Assembly (NCBI GenBank): GCA_963800895.1 | Contig: CAWDDA010000015.1 | Coordinates: 231,003-295,002 of the forward strand | Direction: 5' to 3' | Source of the DNA: an uncultured Acidobacteriota bacterium | GTDB lineage: Bacteria > Acidobacteriota > Blastocatellia > RBC074 | Length of the DNA: 64,000 nucleotides | Shown here: one piece after another, positions 9,844 to 18,224 of the stretch | Layout of the letters: every line of letters starts with the position of its first letter | Numbering within the stretch: position 1 is the stretch's first letter | Notes under the pieces: model-generated | Told to the model about the DNA's origin: nothing | Databases searched by the model: none | What the model saw: the letters and a program-made list of their open reading frames with translations, nothing else | Program-made: the position numbers and the translations under genes

Positions 9844-11034
9844 CTATTCTCTTTCGGATTGCGTGCTCAGGAATGCACTTATTGCTTCAGCCTGGACCTG
9901 ATGAAACGGTGCCGTCGATCTGATTGCAGCGTCGCGGCAGTCTTCGAACTCGGGTGTGTAGCTGGAGAGCGTGCCATCACCTGAGAATCCGAGTTTGATC
10001 CTGATCTTGCCAAATCGAGTTTCAACCACTCTATGCTCTCGCCTGAGTGTTTCACGCCGCTCGATTCGATAACGCAGTCCCAGTGTGGTCGTTTCGTTGA
10101 AGAGCGCTCCAGATATTCGCTCACGATCGGAAGGTCTCGTAATGACCGTTACCAGCATGCCGGGTCGGTTCTTTTTCATTTGAACGGGTGTAAAAAAGAC
10201 GTCGAGCGCGCCCGCAGCAAAGAGCCGTTCCATGAGGTGACCGTAGACCTGCGGAGTCAGATCGTCGATGTTGGTCTCAATCACTGCGACAGAATCGCCT
10301 TCCGAGCTGTCGTCTTCCTTGCCGACGATCGCGCGAAGCACGTTCGGAGATTTTGGGGTATCACGAGTACCGGCCCCGTAACCCACTCCATCAATCGTGA
10401 GTACGGGCAAAGAACCGAATCTGCTTGCCAGCGTAGCCACGATTGCTGCACCTGTGGGCGTGACCAGCTCGCCCTCGACTTCGCCCGCATATGCCGGAAT
10501 CCCCTTTAGCAACTCTGCAGTCGCCGGTCCGGGAACAGGGTAGATTCCATGCGCGCACGTGAACGTTCCAGTTCCGACCTTAAGTGGTGAACTAACGATC
10601 CGATCTACACCAAGCAGGTCGAGACAGATACTTGCGCCGACAATATCGACTATCGAATCAACTGCACCGACTTCATGAAAATATATGTTCTCTATGGGCA
10701 CGTTGTGAATTCTTGATTCTGCCAAACCCAGTTTTCTGAAGATCGATGTTGCGCGATCCTTGACGGACGAATTCAATTCCGATGCAGCGATCATCTTCTC
10801 GATCTCGGAGAGTGGGCGATGGTGATGATCGTGATGAGCTTCGACGATACAGTCGAATTTGGTTGCTGAGATTCCGGAACGGTCCACTCGCGATGCGACA
10901 AGCCTGTAGTCCTTCAGACGAAGTCTTGCAATCTCCTGCTGGAGCGCCTCAAAGCCGACGCCCAGGTCGAGCATAGCGCCAACAAACATGTCACCACTGA
11001 TTCCGGAAAAACAATCGAGATAAAGCGTCCGCAT
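9844..11034 (-). CDS. larC: nickel-pincer cofactor biosynthesis protein LarC (DUF111 family)
   Basis: MRTLYLDCFSGISGDMFVGAMLDLG at the N-terminus. The ORF-track extension to 11130 runs through repeat B1 and is not credible. Confidence 0.85.
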   Translation of the reverse strand: MRTLYLDCFSGISGDMFVGAMLDLGVGFEALQQEIARLRLKDYRLVASRVDRSGISATKFDCIVEAHHDHHHRPLSEIEKMIAASELNSSVKDRATSIFRKLGLAESRIHNVPIENIYFHEVGAVDSIVDIVGASICLDLLGVDRIVSSPLKVGTGTFTCAHGIYPVPGPATAELLKGIPAYAGEVEGELVTPTGAAIVATLASRFGSLPVLTIDGVGYGAGTRDTPKSPNVLRAIVGKEDDSSEGDSVAVIETNIDDLTPQVYGHLMERLFAAGALDVFFTPVQMKKNRPGMLVTVITRPSDRERISGALFNETTTLGLRYRIERRETLRREHRVVETRFGKIRIKLGFSGDGTLSSYTPEFEDCRDAAIRSTAPFHQVQAEAISAFLSTQSERE

Positions 11035-11049
11035 ATCCTTTTGATTAGA

Positions 11050-11136
11050 GGTATGTTGTACCGGCTTTAGCCGGAATCGTGGCCTTCGCACTATTTCAAA
11101 TGCAACCATTCCGGCTAAACGCCGGTACAACGTACC
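11050..11136. repeat. nested-palindrome repeat, family B copy 1
   Basis: The arms GGTATGTTGTACCGGCTTTAGCCGGAAT and ATTCCGGCTAAACGCCGGTACAACGTACC are reverse complements with 1 mismatch and 1 indel. Each arm contains a CCGGC..GCCGG dyad. Confidence 0.9.
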
Positions 11137-11139
11137 TTT

Positions 11140-12114
11140 CTATTTACGTAGTGATTCTACTACCAGTCCGGCCAGTGCTCGAATGAATTCCGGTTCGCAG
11201 TTGAGTGCCGGAACGCGCCGGTATGCGCTAAAGCCGAGTTCTTCTGCGCGATTGCGGTAAAGAATGTCGAGCTCATAAAGTGTCTCAATATGATCGGAGA
11301 CAAAGCTTATAGGAATCGTCAGCACCTGCTCTACTCCTCGCTCTCGCAACTGACGAAGAGCGGAGTCTGTTGAAGGCTCAAGCCATTTCACGGGACCTAC
11401 CTTGCTCTGAAAGCTGAGACTGGCTGGACTCGAGTTCCCGAGCTTCTCGCGAACCAGGCTCATTGTTGCCTGGGTCTGACGAAGATACGGATCACCGCGC
11501 TCAATGTAGCTTTGCGGAACACTGTGTGCACTAAAGAGCAGATGGACCCTCTCTGGTCGAGGGTCAGGAAAGAGCGCGATCTCCTGTTCAATCTGACGTG
11601 CAACGACCGAAACATACTCGGATCGATCATACCATCGCGTGATGTAGTGCCTTCGCATTTGCCTTACCCCACCACGCTCGTCAAGCAGGCGCTTCATTTC
11701 CTTGATGCTTGAACCGGTTGTTGAAACCGAGAACTGAGGGTAGAGCGGAAGCACTACCAGATCGGTAATCTGATCGGTCAGGATGGCAGCAATAGCCTCA
11801 TGGGTAAACGGATGCCAGTAGCGCATCGCAACATATGTCCTTGCCTTCAAGCCCATTGAAGCGAGTTCTACTTCGAGCGCACGCGCTTGCGCCTCTGTGA
11901 TCTTCTTTAGGGGGGAGCCGCCACCAATCAGTGAGTAATAGCCAGAGGACTTACGTGTCCTCAACGTGGAGATCAGCCATGCGAGAGGCTTTTGAAGAGC
12001 CGGTATACCGGTCCTGATGATTTCGGGATCCGAGAAGAGGTTATAGAGAAATGGGCGTACTTCATTCAACCTTTCCGGCCCGCCAAGATTGAAGAGGATG
12101 ACGCCCGTTCGCAT
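11140..12114 (-). CDS. hemH: ferrochelatase
   Basis: GVILFNLGGPE, LYPQFS and a C-terminal FVSDHIETL motif. Confidence 0.9.
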   Translation of the reverse strand: MRTGVILFNLGGPERLNEVRPFLYNLFSDPEIIRTGIPALQKPLAWLISTLRTRKSSGYYSLIGGGSPLKKITEAQARALEVELASMGLKARTYVAMRYWHPFTHEAIAAILTDQITDLVVLPLYPQFSVSTTGSSIKEMKRLLDERGGVRQMRRHYITRWYDRSEYVSVVARQIEQEIALFPDPRPERVHLLFSAHSVPQSYIERGDPYLRQTQATMSLVREKLGNSSPASLSFQSKVGPVKWLEPSTDSALRQLRERGVEQVLTIPISFVSDHIETLYELDILYRNRAEELGFSAYRRVPALNCEPEFIRALAGLVVESLRK

Positions 12115-12142
12115 TCACGGTCACATATTCAGACTGGTTGAT

Positions 12143-13426
12143 CTAATCAACTGTGCCGGCAACAACTGTCGTTGCAAACTCGGGATGGAAATAGTGGAGA
12201 ATGGCAGCGTTGACTTCTTCCTTTGTGATTGCCGAGATTCGATCCGGGAACTCGTCAAGATAGCCAACTCCCAGCCCATGTACCTCCGCTCCCAGCAACT
12301 GCGCCGCCATACCGCTGTTTGTCGCAAGTCCTACCTTGTACGAACCGATCCATGAAGATTTCTCATCGCGCAACTCGTCATCACGAATCCCCAGCTCGCG
12401 AAACTCCTCTATTATCTCGAAAGTTGTGTTAATAGCAGCTTCGATATTCTCGGGCGCGACTGTCACACTAATCACAAAAGGCCCGTCACCCAGCCCCGTA
12501 TCTACAAACGATGAGTTGATCCCGTATGTGAGACCCATCTCATCCCGAATCTTGAGGCCGAGCCGAGACGAGAGTGTGGATTGTCCGAGGGCCCGATTGG
12601 CGAGCATGACTGCGAGATAGTCCGGATTTGATCGGCGAAGGCGCGATGGGTGGCCGATGACGACGTCGACATTCGGTTTGTCCTTCATGGCTACCAGCTC
12701 GCGTCTTGGTGTCTCGGGTAGTTGCGTTACGGGTAGATCTATCGCAGGTTTCGAACCTCCGTTCCATCCACCGAAGAGCTCTTCGAAACGATCGCGAACC
12801 TTATCTGAATCCACGTCGCCAACGACTGCGACGATAAGGGAGGCAGGACTGTAACGCTGGCTATAGAATTGCTTCAAATCCTCCGTCGTTACCGACTCGA
12901 CATCGGCGATCAACTGCTCGGCCGTCACGTGATAAAAGGGATTTTCCGGAGCGTAGATGAACTGCGACAGCCGTTCCATTGCGCGTGACCGCGTCTCCTC
13001 CTGCTCCTGCTTGATCGCCGCGATCGACTGTTGCCGGAGTTTGTCGAGCTCGTCGACCGGGAAGGCCGGTTGCCGAAGTTCTTCAGCGATTGTGGTGAGC
13101 ACCTTTTCAAAATCACGACTCAGGCACTGCGCACCGATGCTCACGTTGAATGTATTGGCCGCATAACCGCGGCGCGCCCCCATCGATTCAAGCTGTCCGG
13201 CAATTTCGAGCTTGTTGCGATTCGTGGTTCCCTTGCTGAGCATGCTTGCCGTGAAACTTGATATTGCACGGCGCTCTTCCGGATTGAAGAACGAGCCTGC
13301 CCGAAGCGACGCTGAAAGAGAGACGGTTGGATTTGCATGATTCTCTATAACGAGAAGGATGATTCCGCCCGAAAGTTCGTATCTTCGCGTGCGCGACAGG
13401 AAAGAGTTCGCCTTTTTGTTATTCAA
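12143..13426 (-). CDS. M16 family peptidase, non-catalytic partner (no HxxEH)
   Basis: Insulinase-like two-domain sequence. Its start overlaps the stop of the upstream M16 gene. Confidence 0.8.
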   Translation of the reverse strand: MNNKKANSFLSRTRRYELSGGIILLVIENHANPTVSLSASLRAGSFFNPEERRAISSFTASMLSKGTTNRNKLEIAGQLESMGARRGYAANTFNVSIGAQCLSRDFEKVLTTIAEELRQPAFPVDELDKLRQQSIAAIKQEQEETRSRAMERLSQFIYAPENPFYHVTAEQLIADVESVTTEDLKQFYSQRYSPASLIVAVVGDVDSDKVRDRFEELFGGWNGGSKPAIDLPVTQLPETPRRELVAMKDKPNVDVVIGHPSRLRRSNPDYLAVMLANRALGQSTLSSRLGLKIRDEMGLTYGINSSFVDTGLGDGPFVISVTVAPENIEAAINTTFEIIEEFRELGIRDDELRDEKSSWIGSYKVGLATNSGMAAQLLGAEVHGLGVGYLDEFPDRISAITKEEVNAAILHYFHPEFATTVVAGTVD

Positions 13427-14715
13427 GCCGTCTCCCTGGGTATGAAATATCCGACCGTTCGATTGTCGTCGGTGAAATATGTATTCACTACACGCCGCAC
13501 GTCTTCCGCAGTCACATCCTCGACTTGCTTTGGCAGGTCGACATAGAGCTTCCAGTCGGCTATGGATTCCGCCTCACCGATGGCATTGACAACTCCGAGC
13601 GCAGAATCACGAAGGTAAATGATCTGCGTCACTATCATATTTTGTGCTCGCATTAATTCGGATGCTGTCACGTCCTCGCTCCTCAGGCGTTCGATCTCGG
13701 CATGAATTACTGCTTCCACGTCCTCGTGTTTGATTCCGGGCGCAAGTGTCACCTCGATAGTAAACAGCCCGGGGTCTCTGAACTGGTAGCTCTGAGCATT
13801 GACGCTCACCGCCTGCTGCTTTTCGACGAGTGCCTGATAAAGTCTCGAGGACACTCCCGACGAAAGAATGTGATCCAGGACCGATAGTGCTGCTGAGTCG
13901 TTGTGTGTCGCTTCAGGTATGTGCCACCCCATCGCAATCAGACCGAGCTGCCCGGCGCGGCGAAGCACGAATCGAATCTCGCCTTCCTGAGGAGGCTCAA
14001 CCGTGTAGGTCTCGGGAATCTGATGGGCCGAGGCTTCGACTCTTCCGAAATGCTCTTCGATCAGGTTGAGAGCCCTTTCGGACTCAAAATCGCCCACGAG
14101 TATCGCGGTCGAGTTGTTCGGATAGTAGAAAGTATCGTAAAACTCTTTGAGCCGTGATGTGGGAACTCCTTCGACGTCCGAACGCCACCCGATCGTCGGG
14201 TGATGATATGGATGCTCACGGAAAGCAGCCGACCATAACCTTTCATCGAGGATTCTGGATGGCTCGTTCTCGCCACGCTCGAGCTCATTTCGTACGACGA
14301 TCATCTCTGACTGGCGATCCTCGTCCGCGATGAACGAATTCCGCATCCTGTCAGCTTCGAGGTGAATCGCAAGCTCGAGCTGATCACTCGGTAGCATCTC
14401 GTAGTAACGGGTCCGGTCGTTCCAGGTGTCGGCATTGAAAAGGGCGCCTTGCCGCTGCAGGACTGATGCGATCTGAGTTCCCGCATGCTTGTTGAATGTC
14501 GGTGTTCCCTTAAAGAGCAGGTGCTCGAGAAGGTGTGTCGATCCCGTATGCCCTACTGCTTCGTTGCGTGACCCTACATGATAAACGACCATGAAAGCGA
14601 CAACCGGCGCCTCACGCCTCGGCACCAGCAGCACCTTGAGGCCATTTGAATTCAAACGGTACTCGGTTATGCCGTGGTATTCAGTGATTTTTGAGAAAGC
14701 GCGTTCAATGCTCAT
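13423..14715 (-). CDS. M16 family zinc peptidase (pitrilysin/insulinase-like)
   Basis: Inverted zinc motif HLLEH within GSTHLLEHLLFKGT. Confidence 0.85.
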   Translation of the reverse strand: MSIERAFSKITEYHGITEYRLNSNGLKVLLVPRREAPVVAFMVVYHVGSRNEAVGHTGSTHLLEHLLFKGTPTFNKHAGTQIASVLQRQGALFNADTWNDRTRYYEMLPSDQLELAIHLEADRMRNSFIADEDRQSEMIVVRNELERGENEPSRILDERLWSAAFREHPYHHPTIGWRSDVEGVPTSRLKEFYDTFYYPNNSTAILVGDFESERALNLIEEHFGRVEASAHQIPETYTVEPPQEGEIRFVLRRAGQLGLIAMGWHIPEATHNDSAALSVLDHILSSGVSSRLYQALVEKQQAVSVNAQSYQFRDPGLFTIEVTLAPGIKHEDVEAVIHAEIERLRSEDVTASELMRAQNMIVTQIIYLRDSALGVVNAIGEAESIADWKLYVDLPKQVEDVTAEDVRRVVNTYFTDDNRTVGYFIPRETA

Positions 14716-15761
14716 CAGGCGACTTCTTTGATCCCTTTCTTCGCAGCTTCGATAAAAGCCCGGGCATTCTCGACCGGCGTCATCGGCAGGATACCGTGGC
14801 CAAGGTTGACGATATAACCCAAAGGCCCGCCGTTGTGCAGCATTTCGTCAACCTGCATCGCAATCGTCTCGGGAGTGCCGAGCAGGGCTCCCGGATCGAG
14901 ATTGCCCTGGATGGCAACCTTATCACCTGCTCTCTGGCGCGCCTCAGTAAGTCCAATTCTCCAGTCTATGCTCAGGACATTGGCGCCCGAGCGCGCCATC
15001 TGTTCAATTATCGCCGAACAACCGTTGATGTATAAGACGGCCGGCACGCCCAGACCTTCAGGTCCGCGATGAAGGCTCTCAAAGACCTTTTGCTCGTAAC
15101 GGAGCGCAAACTCCTCGTATTCAAAAGGTCCGAGCTCTCCCGCCCAAGTGTCAAAGAGCTGAACAACATGAACTCCAGCCTCGATTTGAGCGTTCAGGTA
15201 TTGAATAGTAACATCGGCAATCTTGTCCAGAAGCGCGTGTGCTGTTGCAGGCTCCCGATAGATCAATCTCTTCACTTCAGCAAAATTCTTCGAGGTGCCA
15301 CCTTCGATCATATAAGTTGCCAGCGTGAAAGGAGCGCCCGCAAACCCGATGACCGGTACCTCATCGTTAAGCTGCCGCCGCAGAAGTCTGATAGTCTCGA
15401 GAACGAATGGCATCGCAGATGCCGGATCGGGAACCGCAAGCCGGTCGACCTGTTCGCGGCTTCTCACGGGATTGGACAGTTGAGGGCCTTTTTCACTCAA
15501 CGTCAAGCCCATGCCCATGGCCTCAGCCGGTATCAGAATGTCAGAAAAGAGGATGACTGCGTCGACCCCAAGAATCTCATAAGGCTGTAACGATACCTGT
15601 GCGGCAAGCTCCGGTTCTTTGCAGAGTGTCAGAAAAGGAATGCGTGAGCGAAGGTCGCGGTACTCTGAAAGATAGCGGCCAGCCTGCCTCATCATCCATA
15701 CCGGAGCCCTGTCGACTTCCTGTCTCCGGCAGGCGCGGACAAGCCGCTCGTTGTGAATCAT
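14715..15761 (-). CDS. hemE: uroporphyrinogen decarboxylase
   Basis: MIHNERLVRACRRQEVDRAPVWMMRQAGRYLSEYR from the ATG at 15761. The ORF track fuses it to ypdA only because of a frameshift in ypdA. Confidence 0.9.
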   Translation of the reverse strand: MIHNERLVRACRRQEVDRAPVWMMRQAGRYLSEYRDLRSRIPFLTLCKEPELAAQVSLQPYEILGVDAVILFSDILIPAEAMGMGLTLSEKGPQLSNPVRSREQVDRLAVPDPASAMPFVLETIRLLRRQLNDEVPVIGFAGAPFTLATYMIEGGTSKNFAEVKRLIYREPATAHALLDKIADVTIQYLNAQIEAGVHVVQLFDTWAGELGPFEYEEFALRYEQKVFESLHRGPEGLGVPAVLYINGCSAIIEQMARSGANVLSIDWRIGLTEARQRAGDKVAIQGNLDPGALLGTPETIAMQVDEMLHNGGPLGYIVNLGHGILPMTPVENARAFIEAAKKGIKEVA

Positions 15762-16790
15762 GAGCGCACCCTCGCCGGTTCGCTTTCGAGTTGAAGTGTC
15801 TTGTGTAGCGCAGCAACCAGCTGCTTCCCGTGAAACCGTGCCATTTTCGATGAAGATCTTGTTGGTCTCCACTCCCGCAATCACTACACCGGCTAGATAG
15901 ATCCCGGGAACATTTGATTCGAATGTATCGGGACTGATTCTCGGTTTCAGAGTATCGGGATCGAGCTCAATGCCGAGACCTCGGAGGAATTCGTAGTCGG
16001 CGTGATAGCCAGTCAACGCAAAGACAAAGTCGTTCCTGATCTCACCTCGCTCGCCGGTTTCGACGTTGAGAGTGCGAATCGTGGTCGTTGCGATCTCGGT
16101 GACGACGGTGTTGAAGAGAGCGGCGATCTCTCCGTTCTTGATGCGATTCGAAATGTCGGGCGCAACCCAGTACTTGAGGCTGCGGCTCAAGTCTGGCCGC
16201 CGATGAATCAAAGTCACTCTGGCTCCGCCACGAAAGAGCTCGAGTGCAGCGTCTGCTGCCGAGTTTCCCGCCCCGATAATGGCCACATCCCGCTCGTAAA
16301 ACGGATGCGCTTCAGTATAGTAATGCGCCACCTTAGGAAGATCCTCTCCAGGGATGCCAAGGTAGTTCGGATTGTCGTAGCAACCTGTCGCGAGGATAAC
16401 CTTGCGCGCACGGTAGCGTGCAGACGTTCCTGTTGCTTCGATCAGAGTAGTGACGGTGAAATCGCCGTCTTGCCCCTCAATCGACAAGACCCGCTCGTAC
16501 TGATTAACTCGAAGCTTGTAGGTATCCACCACGCGCCGATAATACTTGAGCGCTTCGAGCCGGCTCGGCTTCTCGCGCTCGCATATGAGCGGGAGATTGC
16601 CGATCTCCAGCAACTCCGGCGTAGTGAAATAGATCATCTGTGTAGGGAAGCGAAACAGGGAATTGACGACGCAACCCTTCTCGATGACACGATAGTCGAG
16701 GCCAAGGCGTTCGAGCTCAATGGCGCACGCAAGCCCTGTAGGGCCGGCACCAACTACTACTGCATCAAGTAGCGGCTCGCCCCGCATCAT
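15758..16790 (-). CDS. ypdA: YpdA-family FAD-dependent (bacillithiol) disulfide reductase homolog, 1-nt frameshift near 15838-15842
   Basis: VVVGAGPTGLACA and IIGAGNSAADAALEL dinucleotide motifs. The authentic tail RFHGKQLVAALHKTLQLESEPARVRS-TGA is in another frame and overlaps the hemE ATG. Confidence 0.75.
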
Positions 16791-17996
16791 ATCCCTTTGC
16801 GCGTAAGGGCATGGACCTTGAGCGGCAGCCCGAAAATGTTGATAAACCCGCCGGCATCGCGTTGATCATAGCTTGCTCCCATCGTGAACGAAGCGAGATC
16901 GGGGCGATAGAGGGTTTGCGGTGATGTGCGGCCCGCGATGATGACGTTGCCCTTGTAGAGCTTAAGGCGAACTGAGCCACTTACTGGCTCCGCCAGTACA
17001 TTCACAAACGCATCGAGAGCTTCGCGCAGCGGCGTGAACCATTGGCCAAAGTAGACCATTTCAGCATATTTGAGAGCGAGCATTTCCTTGTAATGCGATG
17101 ATTCGCGATCGAGGCAAAGAGCTTCCAACTCTCGAAGCGCCGTAAGGAGGAGCGTGCCGCCGGGCGTTTCGTAACATCCGCGTGACTTGATTCCGACAAG
17201 CCTGTTTTCAACGAGGTCGATCCTGCCCACACCATTGCGGCTGCCGATCTCGTTCAGCTTTTCGAGAAGTGGAACAGGATCGAGCTGCTCACCATTGACG
17301 GAAACAGGGTTCGCCTTGTCAAAGCGCAATCTCGACATACTCAGGTTTGTCTGGCGCATCCTCAGGTGACGATGAAAGGATGTACATCGCTTCTTCGGGT
17401 TCAGATGCAGGGTCTTCGAGAATGCCGCCCTCGTGCGAAATGTGCCAGATGTTGCGATCACGGCTGTAGATCTTTTCGCGGCTGGCCGTAATTGGGATCT
17501 TCCTTTCGTTTGCATAATCGATCGCATCCTCACGCGATACGATGTCCCATTCACGCCACGGCGCGATCACTTTGAGTTGGGGCGCGAGCGCCTGGTAGGT
17601 CAGTTCAAATCGGACCTGATCGTTGCCTTTTCCGGTGCAGCCATGCGCCACCGCATCGCACCCGGTGCGAAGCGCCACTTCAACTTGTTTTTTTGCAATT
17701 ACAGGGCGGGCGAACGAAGTGCCCAATAGATACTTGTGCTCATAGACAGCGCCGGCCCGAACTGTGGGGAAGATGTATTCAGTGACGAATTCGTGGCGCA
17801 GGTCTTCGATATAGATTTCGGATGCACCAGTGTCGAGCGCCTTTTCACGCAATCCCTCGAGTTCTTCGCCTTGCCCTACGTCAGCCGCAACCGCGATCAC
17901 TTCGCAGTTGTAGTGTTCTTTGAGCCAGGGGATGATGATTGAAGTATCAAGCCCGCCGGAGTAGGCAAGGGCGACCCGCTTTGCTGATACAGCCAT
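16787..17996 (-). CDS. argG: argininosuccinate synthase, split by a frameshift near 17322-17335
   Basis: The ORF 17319..17996 holds the N-terminal part ([21 protein letters not shown]). The ORF 16787..17554 holds the C-terminal part ([19 protein letters not shown]). Confidence 0.9.
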
Positions 17997-18050
17997 GTAT
18001 TGTCAGGAACCTCCAAAACTGGGGAGTTGTGCCGAATCAGGAAGTATACA

Positions 18051-18203
18051 TTTGTCATTTGGGGTTTGTCATTTGAGATTTGTCATTCGAGTTTAGAGTT
18101 CAAGCTTTAGCTTGCTCTTGGCTGTATCGAATGCAAACAGCAAGCTAAAGCTTGAACTCTAAACTCGAATGACAAATCTCAAATGACAAACCCCAAATGA
18201 CAA
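18051..18203. repeat. nested-palindrome repeat, family A copy 1 (153 nt, TTTGTCATTTG-type outer arms)
   Basis: Near-perfect inverted repeat. Core GAGTTCAAGCTTTAGCTTGCT at 18096-18116 pairs with AGCAAGCTAAAGCTTGAACTC at 18139-18159. Confidence 0.95.
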
Positions 18204-18224
18204 CGAGTTTGGGTTCGCCCCTTC

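Noticed and set aside
14715-16790. A 691-aa bifunctional YpdA-HemE fusion protein
   Set aside because: The linker is out-of-frame YpdA sequence. A 1-nt correction restores a normal YpdA tail whose stop overlaps the hemE start.
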